A DNA stretch of 64,000 nucleotides from Candidatus Magasanikiibacteriota bacterium (GCA_903893485.1 CAITMK010000004.1:431-64430); one strand, 5' to 3'; shown: positions 31,259 through 41,845, counted from the stretch's first letter. Notes: generated by a model from the sequence alone, not told the origin. Numbers and translations: made by a program.

Positions 31259-31582
31259 TTAATCATCAAGATCGCCAACTTGGCGTTTCGGAGCCCGAAT
31301 TTTCGTGTTTTTATGTGTAACACCTTTAGGTATACTACGTATTTTTTTTACAATAGGTGCATTTTTTTTAACTACATTTTCATTCTTTTTGATCAAAACA
31401 GGCTGATTTACCGCACCTGTCGCGACAAATGCAATGGGGGCATCTGAAATACCAACTGCCATGGTCCGCACCGGTTTTTGTGAAAAAATATAAGGTCGCA
31501 ACAAAATAAGTACGGCCAAATCTAGGCAGACCAGCAATACTTTTCCAATCTGTGCGGGCGAATACAAATTATTTCGTTTCAT
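31259..31582 (-). CDS. Small basic single-TM hypothetical protein
   Basis: Co-oriented ORF filling the gap, one TM segment. Confidence 0.55.
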   Translation of the reverse strand: MKRNNLYSPAQIGKVLLVCLDLAVLILLRPYIFSQKPVRTMAVGISDAPIAFVATGAVNQPVLIKKNENVVKKNAPIVKKIRSIPKGVTHKNTKIRAPKRQVGDLDD

Positions 31583-31628
31583 ATTTCTATTATGCCCGAT
31601 AATCATCATTTTGCAAAATTTTGCATCA

Positions 31629-33149
31629 TTACTCAACGTGCACCTTCACCCCAACTTTTTCTCGATCAACACGAATCCAAAAAGCGCCGATCGCTCCAAC
31701 CAAAACCACGAGTGAGGCGATGAAAAAAACCGTGTCGTAAGCAGAAACCTGCGCTTTTAAAATAATTAATTGCACAAACGTTGCATAATCTGCTGGATGC
31801 GTGCTGTGTAAAACACTATTTTGCCCAATCGCGATAATATTATTTTCTGTGGTGCTATTTAAAATAGTGCCGAAAATTGCAATACCAAATGCACCCGCCA
31901 AATTACGTGCCAGCGCAAGTACCGATGATGCAATACCAATTTCATGCGCATCAACAATTGACGCAATAATATTGGTGCGCTGCGCCATACCAAAACCCAT
32001 GCCAAATGCCATAATGGTTAGTGGTATAGTAATATCAGATGCAGTTGAACCGGGATCAATAAAAACCGAAAACAAATAAATACCAAACGCACAGACAATC
32101 GTACTTGCCGCAATCACATATTGTGGTTTTACTTTGCCCACAAGCGCACCACCGAGTGGCGCCGCAAACATCATCCCTGCTGCCATGGGAATAAATAATA
32201 TGCCACTTTGTGTTGCGTTATATCCCAAAAAAGTTTGTGCAAAAATTGGAATTAAAAACACACTGCCCATGAGTCCCATGAACACGATAAAATTATTTGC
32301 AAGCGTGTTTACAAATGCAGGAATTTTGAAAAACTTTAAATCAACAATCGGCTCTTTTGCCCGTTGCTCAACCTGAATAAAAATCCAAGTAAACAAAATG
32401 GTGATTGCGTAACAGATTATTGAATTCACCGAAATCCAATTCCACTCCATGCCTTTATCAAGCACCAATACCAAAGTACTGAGCGCAATACCCAAGGTAA
32501 CAGAACCCCACCAATCAAAATGATACACTTTATTTTCTTTCACCGATTCTTTTACAAAAGTCATTGCCATGAGCAACCCAATAATACCGATTGGTAAATT
32601 AATTAAAAACACACTGCGCCAACCAAAATTATCAATCAGCGGACCACCGATGAGCGGACCAAAAACCGCGGCAGCTGCAAATGATGCGGACCAAATACCG
32701 AGCGCTTGCGAACGTTCTTTTTCTTCACGAAATGTCATGGCCAAAATTGCCATTGCCGTTGGATAATCGGCGCTGCCCGCAATCGCTTGAATCACACGAA
32801 ATACAATCATGGAACTCAAATTCCACGCAAGACCCGCCAAGATAGAGCCCACAATAAAAATTGAAAAACCTAAAATATAGACTTTTTTCTGCCCCCACAT
32901 GTCGCCGAGCTTGCCCCAAATTGGTACAAAAATTGCATTCGCTAAAATGTATGCCGTTGCGATCCACCCTGCTGCCGAAACTGAAATGCCAAAATTATCA
33001 ATAATTTTTGGCAATGCCAAATTAACAATTGTCTGATCAAGACGCCCTAAAAAAGTACCGATGATGACGGTAAGTAAAATCCACCAACGCAAATTCGATG
33101 GCGCAGATTTTTTTTCTTCTACGGGTTGCACTGCGGCGATCATTTCCAT
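31629..33149 (-). CDS. DHA2 (EmrB/QacA) MFS efflux permease
   Basis: LDQTIVNLALP, WGKLGD..G, GWRSVFLINLPIG; 14-TM pattern. Confidence 0.92.
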   Translation of the reverse strand: MEMIAAVQPVEEKKSAPSNLRWWILLTVIIGTFLGRLDQTIVNLALPKIIDNFGISVSAAGWIATAYILANAIFVPIWGKLGDMWGQKKVYILGFSIFIVGSILAGLAWNLSSMIVFRVIQAIAGSADYPTAMAILAMTFREEKERSQALGIWSASFAAAAVFGPLIGGPLIDNFGWRSVFLINLPIGIIGLLMAMTFVKESVKENKVYHFDWWGSVTLGIALSTLVLVLDKGMEWNWISVNSIICYAITILFTWIFIQVEQRAKEPIVDLKFFKIPAFVNTLANNFIVFMGLMGSVFLIPIFAQTFLGYNATQSGILFIPMAAGMMFAAPLGGALVGKVKPQYVIAASTIVCAFGIYLFSVFIDPGSTASDITIPLTIMAFGMGFGMAQRTNIIASIVDAHEIGIASSVLALARNLAGAFGIAIFGTILNSTTENNIIAIGQNSVLHSTHPADYATFVQLIILKAQVSAYDTVFFIASLVVLVGAIGAFWIRVDREKVGVKVHVE

Positions 33150-33158
33150 ATCGCCAAA

Positions 33159-33791
33159 TTATTTGGTGAAGATGGTCATTTTCGCTGACATGCCATTCTT
33201 TACATTCGGATTTTGCGCCAGATCAAACCGAACTTTAATACTGAATTGCTGGGTTGCTCGTTTATCAGAAATATTAAATGTAAGTCCTGATGCGTTTGCG
33301 ACCGGACTAATTTCGTCAACTAAACCGTGATATTGTGCGCCACCAAATGCGTCGATAGTAAAGGTTACCTGCTGCCCTACTTGAATTCGATCAAGCCCTT
33401 TATTTTCGTCGATCGTTCCTACAATACGAAGTTGCGTCGGATCAATCATCGCAACGACTTGCTCACCTGGATTAATATTTTTGCCAATATTATTTTGCAC
33501 CGCGGTGATTATTCCTTTTACTTTTGTTTTAATAAGACTTGTCCCAACTTGCGCAACAACCGTATTCGCATCAACAGAATCACCTTCTGAAACAAAGGTT
33601 TGTTGCAATGCGCCAGGCGTGGTCGACGACAAACTAATCGTTGGTGCGCTTACCAATGAAGCGTCAATACTCACCTCATTTTGCGACATTTCAAAGTACA
33701 AAAATCCAACCGCGCAGACTAAAACCGCGACAACAATTCCCCCGCTTTGCACCCATTTATTTTGAAGTATGTGTTTTTTATCTAATGACAT
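33159..33791 (-). CDS. HlyD/EmrA-like adaptor
   Basis: N-terminal TM, VSEGDSV, IQVGQQVTFTIDAF. Confidence 0.8.
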   Translation of the reverse strand: MSLDKKHILQNKWVQSGGIVVAVLVCAVGFLYFEMSQNEVSIDASLVSAPTISLSSTTPGALQQTFVSEGDSVDANTVVAQVGTSLIKTKVKGIITAVQNNIGKNINPGEQVVAMIDPTQLRIVGTIDENKGLDRIQVGQQVTFTIDAFGGAQYHGLVDEISPVANASGLTFNISDKRATQQFSIKVRFDLAQNPNVKNGMSAKMTIFTK

Positions 33792-33797
33792 ATTTTT

Positions 33798-35342
33798 TTA
33801 TTTACCAAAATAAGCAACTTGATCGCCCTCTGAAACTCCTGAGATAATTTCAACAGAACCAGCAACACTGGTGATTCCGACAGTAACTTTCTGATCCGCA
33901 AACGACCCATCTAAATTACGCTTTAGAACAAACACGTCCGCATCTTTTTTAATTAGTGCCGTTGCGGGTACGGTGAGTACGTTTGTCTTTGTTTGATTGG
34001 TGATAGTTACATTTGCACCCATACCATCTTTAATACGCGCATCCTCGTTCGTAAACCGCAACGTCACTTTGTATGCTGAAGCGCCATTCACTACACTTGC
34101 GCCCGGATCAATGGCAACCACGCTCGCAGGAAATAATTCGCCATTGCCATAGGCATCAAGCGTTACGGATGCCACATCACCAACCGCAACTTTTGCCAAA
34201 TCATTTTCAGAAATAAATAATTGAACTTGATAGTTGCCTGATGAAATGACCGAGATTTGTGGTGCTCCTGGTGAAACGGTTTGTCCAATTTTTGCAACAA
34301 CCGAAGAAACAACACCGTCGATCGGCGAGATGATTGCGGTTTTAGAATACAAACTTTGTGCAAGCGCCAATTGTGCGTGAGCACTCGCAAGGCCTGCGTT
34401 TGCTGCCGCAACGTCTTCGGGGCGCGCCGCTGAAACCTGTAGCGAAAGAGCGGCTTCGGCTTGTGCCAAAGCGCTTTGCGCACTGTTTACCTGGCCTTCG
34501 GCAACTGAAATTTGTGTGTCGCGTGTTTTCAATGCAGATGAATAACTATTTTGATTTGAAATAAATGCTGGCGCATTTGTATTTGGAATCGTTACCGTCC
34601 ACGCGTCCGATGCAGCAGGCACCGCCGCAAACTGAATTGAAAGTCCGGTATCACCGAGTGGTACTGGCGAATTACGAACAGCGCCAAAAAAAACTTTTGG
34701 ACCTGACGCCTGGAATTGCGCACCGGATCCTGTTTCATTAATACTAATTGCGTACGTCGCAGCATCAGTTCCTTCGTATGCGCCGGTAAAAATTGGTTGA
34801 ACCGCGTCAGCGTTTGTCACCGCAGGCACACCCGTAATTGCAGAATTAAACAATGCGGTTTGCGCATTTTGCACCGCGGTATTTTGCGCGGCGCGCACCG
34901 CATCTAAATTAATTTTTGCGTTATCAAGTGCGGTTTGCGCGCTTGCAACAGCTGCTTTTGAAACGTCAATTTGAGCGCCTGTGGCGCCAGATAAAACTTT
35001 TTCATAATTCGCTTGTGCAATCGCGACGCTCGCATTTGCCTGAGCAATTGCCGCTGCCGCATCCAATGCATTGAGCGATGCAAGGAGTTCGCCATGATGC
35101 ACCACTTGACCCACCTGTACCGGTACTGCTGCAACCGTACCATTCGCCTGAAACGAAAGACTGATATTTTGCGCCGCAGTAACCATGCCGCTTGCTGTAA
35201 CTCCTTCTGTGATAGAAGTTCGCGAAACGGACGCGGTGGTATATGCAGGGCGCTGCGCCAACGAATGGCTCACGGCAAAAGTAATCCCTGCAATTACGAC
35301 GATTGACGCGCTAATAAAAATTTGATGTTTGGTTAATGTCAT
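33798..35342 (-). CDS. Efflux membrane-fusion (adaptor) protein
   Basis: VQVGQVV..G, long Ala-rich hairpin, ISPIDGVV, VEIISGVSEGD. Confidence 0.85.
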   Translation of the reverse strand: MTLTKHQIFISASIVVIAGITFAVSHSLAQRPAYTTASVSRTSITEGVTASGMVTAAQNISLSFQANGTVAAVPVQVGQVVHHGELLASLNALDAAAAIAQANASVAIAQANYEKVLSGATGAQIDVSKAAVASAQTALDNAKINLDAVRAAQNTAVQNAQTALFNSAITGVPAVTNADAVQPIFTGAYEGTDAATYAISINETGSGAQFQASGPKVFFGAVRNSPVPLGDTGLSIQFAAVPAASDAWTVTIPNTNAPAFISNQNSYSSALKTRDTQISVAEGQVNSAQSALAQAEAALSLQVSAARPEDVAAANAGLASAHAQLALAQSLYSKTAIISPIDGVVSSVVAKIGQTVSPGAPQISVISSGNYQVQLFISENDLAKVAVGDVASVTLDAYGNGELFPASVVAIDPGASVVNGASAYKVTLRFTNEDARIKDGMGANVTITNQTKTNVLTVPATALIKKDADVFVLKRNLDGSFADQKVTVGITSVAGSVEIISGVSEGDQVAYFGK

Positions 35343-35343
35343 A

Positions 35344-35769
35344 TTAATTAATGTGAATCATTTTTTCGAGCAGCTGAAATAGTGTCTCGCGATCTTTTTG
35401 ATTTAAATTATCAAGTAATGCCTCAAGCTTAATACGTCGTGTTAACAAAGCCTTACGAAGAATATCCTTCCCTTTTTTGGTAAGTTGCACCACCACCGAG
35501 CGACGACTGGCAGAATCTTGATCACGCAAAACCAAATCAAGTCGCACTAATCGATCGATCAATACCGTTGCCGAAGGAGCGGCAATCGACAAAAAAGAAC
35601 CCACTTCCTTCATGGTTACTTTTTTTTGCTCACCAATATACCGCAGCGCTTCAAGTTGTGCGATGGTAACCTCCTGCCGCAATGTTTGATCGATTTCACA
35701 TCGTTGCCGCATTTGTCTGCCAATCGCCAAAAATGAAGAGATAATATCGTCGGTTTGTTTTTTCTGCAT
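35344..35769 (-). CDS. MarR family regulator
   Basis: SATVLIDRLV..LVLR...SRRSVVVQLTKKG. Confidence 0.9.
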   Translation of the reverse strand: MQKKQTDDIISSFLAIGRQMRQRCEIDQTLRQEVTIAQLEALRYIGEQKKVTMKEVGSFLSIAAPSATVLIDRLVRLDLVLRDQDSASRRSVVVQLTKKGKDILRKALLTRRIKLEALLDNLNQKDRETLFQLLEKMIHIN

Positions 35770-35909
35770 ACCGGATTATTAGCCTATCTAACTATTAGGT
35801 TTAAATGATATCAGAATAATGAGTGGCTGTCAATTGCAATTATGGCGCGCCACATGATACGTGTTAGACCCTATTTGACGACTTTATTTGTAGCTGCTAT
35901 GTTAGATAT

Positions 35910-36032
35910 ATGAATATCATTCTTACTTCAAGTTGGCATCATATCAACGGGCTTCATTGGCGCGCCGGTTTTTTGCTATAAGTAAGTACCCTCACTTATT
36001 TTCCAAACACCTTCTCGCCGAAGGTGTTTTTT
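35910..36032 (+). promoter_or_regulatory. Putative leader peptide plus attenuator terminator
   Basis: TTGACG-17-TATGTT promoter; ORF 35910-35981 MNIILTSSWHHINGLHWRAGFLL; hairpin AAACACCTTC-TCGCC-GAAGGTGTTT+TTT just before ATG 36042. Confidence 0.55.
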
Positions 36033-36041
36033 ATATCCTCT

Positions 36042-36695
36042 ATGAAAAATATCAAAATGGTTTTATTCGATATCGATAAGACACTCGTATTTGGTGAAAA
36101 TGCAATTCAATTTTATCGCCAATATTCAGAAATACTAGAAAAGACGCTCGCGAGACTCCTACAAGTAGATACCATAACAAGCAAAAAAATTGCCGATGAA
36201 CACCGCGCCGCATTTGATGGACGAGGCGAACTGGCATTTCGAACACATCATCTTGATTTTGGGCAGTGGCATGACGCGCTGACACAATTATCACCTTCGC
36301 AGTTCCTCACGCCATTACCGAACACACAAGCACTGCTACAAGAACTAAAATCAAAAAAATATATTGTCGGTGCCATCACCGATGGTCCACGACCACTCGT
36401 AGAAAAAATATTAGGCGCTACAAAAATTGATTCCACCATATTTGATTTTATTATCGGCTGGGAACGTGGCAAGCAAATGCCTAAATATGGCTCGACCAAA
36501 ATATTTACGCAGATTTGTATGGAGCGTGGCATTCCACCTCAAGAAACGGTCATGATTGGCGATTCGCTTTCATCAGATATTTTACCCGCCATTGCTGCCG
36601 GATTGCACGCGATTTATATCAATCCAAACCAAGTTGTTGAACAAAAAAAATACCGATCAATTACTAATATCACTCAATTATCATCTCTTTTATGA
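36042..36695 (+). CDS. HAD family hydrolase
   Basis: FDIDKTL, ITDG, PK, MIGDSLSSDI. Confidence 0.9.
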   Translation: MKNIKMVLFDIDKTLVFGENAIQFYRQYSEILEKTLARLLQVDTITSKKIADEHRAAFDGRGELAFRTHHLDFGQWHDALTQLSPSQFLTPLPNTQALLQELKSKKYIVGAITDGPRPLVEKILGATKIDSTIFDFIIGWERGKQMPKYGSTKIFTQICMERGIPPQETVMIGDSLSSDILPAIAAGLHAIYINPNQVVEQKKYRSITNITQLSSLL

Positions 36696-37615
36696 AATCC
36701 TTATCAAAAATTCCACTTATTATTGATACTGATCCGGGGCACGATGATGCGCTGGCGATTATGTTACTGATAAAATCCGAGCGCTTCGATATTCAAGCGG
36801 TTACCACGGTTGCAGGAAATACGACCATCCAAAATACAACAAATAATGCACGCTATATTTTAGACCTGCTTCAAAGCAGCATACCATTGTATTCCGGCGC
36901 TGCAGCGCCACTGAGGCAGAAATTAATTTGTGCAAACGTACACGGAGAAAATGGACTTGCGGGCGCGCAGATCACCAAAAAAGAACTGCTAAATAATTTA
37001 GCGGTTACAAAAATAATTGAATTAGTGCGCACCGCACCAAGCAAGGTTTCCCTGCTCGTTATTGGGCCGCAGACAAATATTGCGCTCGCGTTTAAGCAAG
37101 ATCTGGAACTACCGAAATTGATTAAACAAATTGTGATCATGGGTGGCGCCATAGCCGTACCGGGTAATAAAAATGCGGTCGCCGAATTTAATATTTTCGT
37201 TGATCCAGAAGCAGCGGATATCGTATTTCGCGCACCAGTTAAAAAAATCGTTATCCCCCTCGATGTCTGCAATGACATATTTTTAACGCTTGCCGATTTT
37301 CGCCGCCTCAAAAAATCTAAACTCTATCGCCCCATCATGGCAATGATGAAGCATTACATTCAAGGAATTAAAATTTTTGAACGTACGAAAGGCGCCCTCA
37401 TGTATGATCCGCTTGCGGCGTATTATTTATTAAATCCTCGCGCATATGAAACCAAAAAAATGGATGTCCGTATTGAAACTACGAGTGATCTAACTCGTGG
37501 CATGTCCGTGGCTGATCGACGAAATTGGGGCGAGAAAAAATATAACGCTCACGTGGTGACAAAAATTAATCGCGATCAATTTGTTGAAGACTTTATTAAC
37601 ACGCTTAACACATAA
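36692..37615 (+). CDS. Inosine/uridine-preferring nucleoside hydrolase
   Basis: DTDPGHDDA, HGENGL, GPQTNIA, AEFNIFVDPEAA, YDP. Confidence 0.93.
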   Translation: MKSLSKIPLIIDTDPGHDDALAIMLLIKSERFDIQAVTTVAGNTTIQNTTNNARYILDLLQSSIPLYSGAAAPLRQKLICANVHGENGLAGAQITKKELLNNLAVTKIIELVRTAPSKVSLLVIGPQTNIALAFKQDLELPKLIKQIVIMGGAIAVPGNKNAVAEFNIFVDPEAADIVFRAPVKKIVIPLDVCNDIFLTLADFRRLKKSKLYRPIMAMMKHYIQGIKIFERTKGALMYDPLAAYYLLNPRAYETKKMDVRIETTSDLTRGMSVADRRNWGEKKYNAHVVTKINRDQFVEDFINTLNT

Positions 37616-37616
37616 T

Positions 37617-38345
37617 ATGAATACCATTTTATGTATTGGCGCTACGCACGGTGATGAACCAATTGGCGTATGCGCACTTCAGATACTTGAAAAGCGAGTC
37701 GATAATTTTGATTGGATTATTGGAAATGAAAAAGCATATGAACAGAATACCCGTTGTTTTGAGGGTGATCTAAATCGAAGCGCCCCGGGCATCTTTGGCG
37801 CACCAAATTATGCATCACGTCGCGCGGCAGAAATAATTGCACTGGCACAAAATTACAAATACACTATTGATTTGCATGGCACTACCGCCGGGACAGGTAT
37901 TTTTACCATTATTAGCAGAGCCACCGATAAAAATATCACGCTCGCTATGCAACTTGGGATTAAAAATATTATCATATGGCCGGCAATCAACGCTTCGCTC
38001 AAAGGACCACTGAGTGAATACACTCCCTGCGGATTAGAAATTGAATGCGGACCAAAAGACTCACTGGAAATTCAAAATGAATTAATCGATATTTTAGAGC
38101 GCTTCATAAAACTGCAAATGCAGCCTGAAATAAATATGCCGGTGGCCAAACCGAACTGCTTTTCCTTTTATGAGGTATACAGCGAACTACGAAAGCCTGA
38201 AATCGCTCCACAGCTTTCAGAATTTTGTGAAATCACCACCGATAATGAAACTTTTTTTCCACTTCTTATCGGACGGTATCAAGATATCACCTGTTACAAA
38301 ATGAAGCGAGTAGAATATGTCTCAATAAAAATACAACGCGATTAA
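37617..38345 (+). CDS. Succinylglutamate desuccinylase/aspartoacylase (M14-like) protein
   Basis: HGDE, DLNR, IDLH, EIECG. Confidence 0.85.
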   Translation: MNTILCIGATHGDEPIGVCALQILEKRVDNFDWIIGNEKAYEQNTRCFEGDLNRSAPGIFGAPNYASRRAAEIIALAQNYKYTIDLHGTTAGTGIFTIISRATDKNITLAMQLGIKNIIIWPAINASLKGPLSEYTPCGLEIECGPKDSLEIQNELIDILERFIKLQMQPEINMPVAKPNCFSFYEVYSELRKPEIAPQLSEFCEITTDNETFFPLLIGRYQDITCYKMKRVEYVSIKIQRD

Positions 38346-40243
38346 GCTACTGCAGCCTCTTTTTGGGCCTGCCGCATTGCATTTAATTCAAGCATCCGCA
38401 TTTTAAGTGGGTCATCGCTGCTTTGTTTTAGTTTTTTCTTAAATGATGTGGTAAGCGCAGCAATCGCTTCCTCTTTTGTGGTAGCGCCTCGCATACCATC
38501 GACAAATTTATTCATGACATCATGATTCTTTGTAATTTTTTCAACTTCAATTTCAGACAGGTCTGCACCATAACCTCTTTCAGCTACCAATTGTACAAAA
38601 GTATCCTCATCAAGAGTATTCACCGGGTGTTGAAAAAAAATAGCAACAATCTTTTCAATTAGTTTTTTATTTTTTTCTCTCTGTTCATCTTCTTTTTTTA
38701 GCATTTCAGCTTTGATTGCCGCGTATTTGTCGGCAACTGGACCACCGTCGACAACGATTTTATCAATAAGTTTTTGAGCGGCTAATTCTATTGATTCCTC
38801 AGGAAATATTTTTTTCAAACGTTCAACAATTTTTGTTCGTAATTCAATAAGCTCCGGATCTTTCAAAAAGATATCAGATGCCAAATCTTCGACGCCAATC
38901 ATTTTCTTCGCAAATAACTGCAGCTCGGTGTCATCCAACAGTGCAGCATCTTTTATAGTAAATAGTTTTTTTAAAGCATCCGCTGACCCCGCTTGGTGAG
39001 CAACAAATTCCTGTAACCCCTTTCTAAGGCCTTCCAGATACAAAACGTATTCAGGATCTTCACCCACTACACCTTTATTTTCTGTTAACAACCCTGCCAA
39101 GCGAATTCTCTCTTGACCATGCCCCGCACCCACGTCTGTTCTGGCAGAAAATCGATCAGCACTCAGAACTTTTACATCTGGAGCATCGATAATCTTACCA
39201 ATCTGCGATAATCGCCTTCCGAATTCAGGATCTTCGCCGCCGCCAATTTTAGGAACCCCACCAACTAATGCAGCTTCGAATGCTCGGCTCGCCATATTTG
39301 CACCGGAAAAAGAAACCGCTTTTGTCTCTGGCTTTTCAACTTTATCCGATACACCATATAAATATAATTCGAGAACTTTTCTGTAATTATATTGCAACTC
39401 CGAATAGTTTGAAATATTTTCAAACAAATCTCCTTGCTCCGTTTGCTCAAAATCTAATCCACCTGCAATGCCAACAATAGCAGGGTTATCATGAAATACC
39501 TTTATTACATTAAAAACATAATTTTCATCAAGTTTTGTATCCGCGTCAGTCTGCCCAATAATACCATTTGATTTTTTTTGTTCGTAAAAACGAGCCGCTG
39601 CTTCTGCAACACCACGATTTCTCGCACCACCCACATTTGCTTCGCCTGGTGGTAATTCATTTCCTGGTGTAGCTTTATCGATTGCGTAAATTTTTATTCC
39701 CTGCGTTTTAATTTTATCGATAATTTTTCTTTCAGCATCGCTTAAATCTGGAGCGTCACTTCCCCCATTAATAAATTCAATGATACGCAAACAAATTTGA
39801 TTTTCTTCAAGCGCGGTGTGATAGTGCGCCAGCGATCTTTCGTAATCTGCATCACTCATGTTTTGCTTTCTTTGTGGCACACCAGCCGGATTATTAATCA
39901 CAAAAATCGCCTCAAATGATTGAGGTGCGACAGGTGTTTGATTCGCAAGCGACTCGAGTGGACGAAAAATTGCATCTCGCTCCCCGTATGCAGGGATTAC
40001 AATTGAGACTTCACACAATGCGTCCATCGGCGTCTGAATTCGATGTTCACTTGCGGGCAAATTTTCTTGTAGATACCCCTCGATCTTCTGGTTCATCTGG
40101 TCACGTTGTCTATCTACATTTCTATCTACCTGCAGCGCCGCTTGTACACGCACACTATCGACTGGCGCACTTTGATTCAGCACTGGCAGTTCTGCGTCCA
40201 CACGGGCCGCTTCGTTTGTAATTATTTTTGGATCCCCTGTCAT
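38342..40243 (-). CDS. GT2-family glycosyltransferase with helical C-terminal extension
   Basis: SIVIPAYGE, VGGARN, TDAD, GANM, GGED. Confidence 0.78.
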   Translation of the reverse strand: MTGDPKIITNEAARVDAELPVLNQSAPVDSVRVQAALQVDRNVDRQRDQMNQKIEGYLQENLPASEHRIQTPMDALCEVSIVIPAYGERDAIFRPLESLANQTPVAPQSFEAIFVINNPAGVPQRKQNMSDADYERSLAHYHTALEENQICLRIIEFINGGSDAPDLSDAERKIIDKIKTQGIKIYAIDKATPGNELPPGEANVGGARNRGVAEAAARFYEQKKSNGIIGQTDADTKLDENYVFNVIKVFHDNPAIVGIAGGLDFEQTEQGDLFENISNYSELQYNYRKVLELYLYGVSDKVEKPETKAVSFSGANMASRAFEAALVGGVPKIGGGEDPEFGRRLSQIGKIIDAPDVKVLSADRFSARTDVGAGHGQERIRLAGLLTENKGVVGEDPEYVLYLEGLRKGLQEFVAHQAGSADALKKLFTIKDAALLDDTELQLFAKKMIGVEDLASDIFLKDPELIELRTKIVERLKKIFPEESIELAAQKLIDKIVVDGGPVADKYAAIKAEMLKKEDEQREKNKKLIEKIVAIFFQHPVNTLDEDTFVQLVAERGYGADLSEIEVEKITKNHDVMNKFVDGMRGATTKEEAIAALTTSFKKKLKQSSDDPLKMRMLELNAMRQAQKEAAVA

Positions 40244-40246
40244 AAA

Positions 40247-40696
40247 TTATGGATATACCTGAGCCAATATCGAAATCAATTTCACCACCTTATCTTTATC
40301 CGATCCAATAACCACAATATATGATTCTTTTGTGGAGATACTTGCTTTTGTTCTGCCCGATACATCTTGGACTTGCATTTGACCATTATTAAACGTCCAA
40401 CTTGGATCAAATTTTTTACCAGCCGAGATATTTATTACATTCGCGATATCTCCCCAGCCAGTTGCATTAAGCACCGTTTCATTTGCTCTAAAATATTGTT
40501 CTGGCGGCTGAAATTTTCCTCCTTGCTGATTAATGATGCTTACGTTTGTAAATCCTGCATCAACGACAAGCGCCTTCATATCTTCCATTGATTTAGGCAT
40601 TTGATAGGTCGCCGCGTGAACCTGTGTGCGTAGAACAAATAGCGCTATGCCAAAAATAATAAGTGGTAGAGAGCTATATTTTAATAATTTTTGCAT
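40247..40696 (-). CDS. Secreted hypothetical protein
   Basis: Signal peptide ending VHA-A. Confidence 0.7.
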   Translation of the reverse strand: MQKLLKYSSLPLIIFGIALFVLRTQVHAATYQMPKSMEDMKALVVDAGFTNVSIINQQGGKFQPPEQYFRANETVLNATGWGDIANVINISAGKKFDPSWTFNNGQMQVQDVSGRTKASISTKESYIVVIGSDKDKVVKLISILAQVYP

Positions 40697-40749
40697 AAAA
40701 TAATCACTTGTTTGTAGATTAACGCTATTATAGCGTTAATCATGAGCAA

Positions 40750-41550
40750 TCACGCTATAAACTTTTTAGCACTTTTTGCTAATCGCAAGGCGAGCATTTC
40801 ATCGCCATTTAAAATGATTGCGAGGCCAGGATATAATTTCTTAACGACATCAACACCGTCGCGCTGATAAAAAGTTACCAATCTGCCACGATCTTCTCTT
40901 TCTACTGGTATCAGACCTTCTTGAGTAAGACTATCATAATCTAATTCGTTTGCACCCGCAAAATAAAGCTCTCCACTTTTACAAACCCCAAAACCATGCC
41001 CCATAATTGCCATATGCAAGAATGCATCTGACTCTGAAAATGGCACATCATCTTTTAAAACAAACTTTATTGCAGCGTCAGCGTGAATAGATTTCGTGGC
41101 TTCAAGTAAAACCCCCTCACCCCCGACAAACGCAGCGGTCAATTCATTTTTAATCCGTTCAACATCGGCTAAATAACTTTTTGCATCGAGATCATGATCA
41201 CTCACCTCATGACATGCGCGTACAAGCAGCATCCATAACTGCACCTCTGGACGTTCCCCCTCACCAAGATCCTGAGCTCGGCTCCAAATAGCACCAACAT
41301 GCAATTCTTTAGTGAGTGTGTCTACCGCATCCATAGATACACCAGCACTAGAAGCAATTTTTTCAACAATCTGACGAACCTCTTTTACCGCAAGCATGCC
41401 AGCGGGATCAAGACCGCGCACAATACGCCCCTCAAGACCGCGAAGTCCATATGCCCGAAGCTGCTCCCCATGCGCTTCGATTTGTTTTGCCTCTTGTTCT
41501 TGGGTAGAATGATTTTGAACTATTGTTGCCCCCATCATCGATTCTGACAT
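40750..41550 (-). CDS. Hypothetical protein
   Basis: 266 aa ORF, no recognised motif. Confidence 0.72.
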   Translation of the reverse strand: MSESMMGATIVQNHSTQEQEAKQIEAHGEQLRAYGLRGLEGRIVRGLDPAGMLAVKEVRQIVEKIASSAGVSMDAVDTLTKELHVGAIWSRAQDLGEGERPEVQLWMLLVRACHEVSDHDLDAKSYLADVERIKNELTAAFVGGEGVLLEATKSIHADAAIKFVLKDDVPFSESDAFLHMAIMGHGFGVCKSGELYFAGANELDYDSLTQEGLIPVEREDRGRLVTFYQRDGVDVVKKLYPGLAIILNGDEMLALRLAKSAKKFIA

Positions 41551-41845
41551 AAAATATGCGATTGATTATTTTCATCTATTATAGCAAATCTGACACAGAT
41601 TTTTAGCACAATACCAAAGTTTTTTCAACTTATTCAATAGATCGGCCCCATAGGACCATCAAAAATAATAAGGCCCATAATTGCGTCGCGTAGCGAATGA
41701 CCTTCTTTTGCCTTTATGCCATAGCCTGCGCGCCAATTATATGGGCTTATTTTTTTATCTTCCTGCAATAAAATAAAACAAGTATGCGAATAAACTAGTC
41801 ATAAAAAATGATACTTTTCTTAGTATACACGTATTATCCATAAAC

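Noticed and set aside
35775-35795. TTAG-N5-CTAA palindrome upstream of marR as operator
   Set aside because: Plausible but too short and imperfect to call
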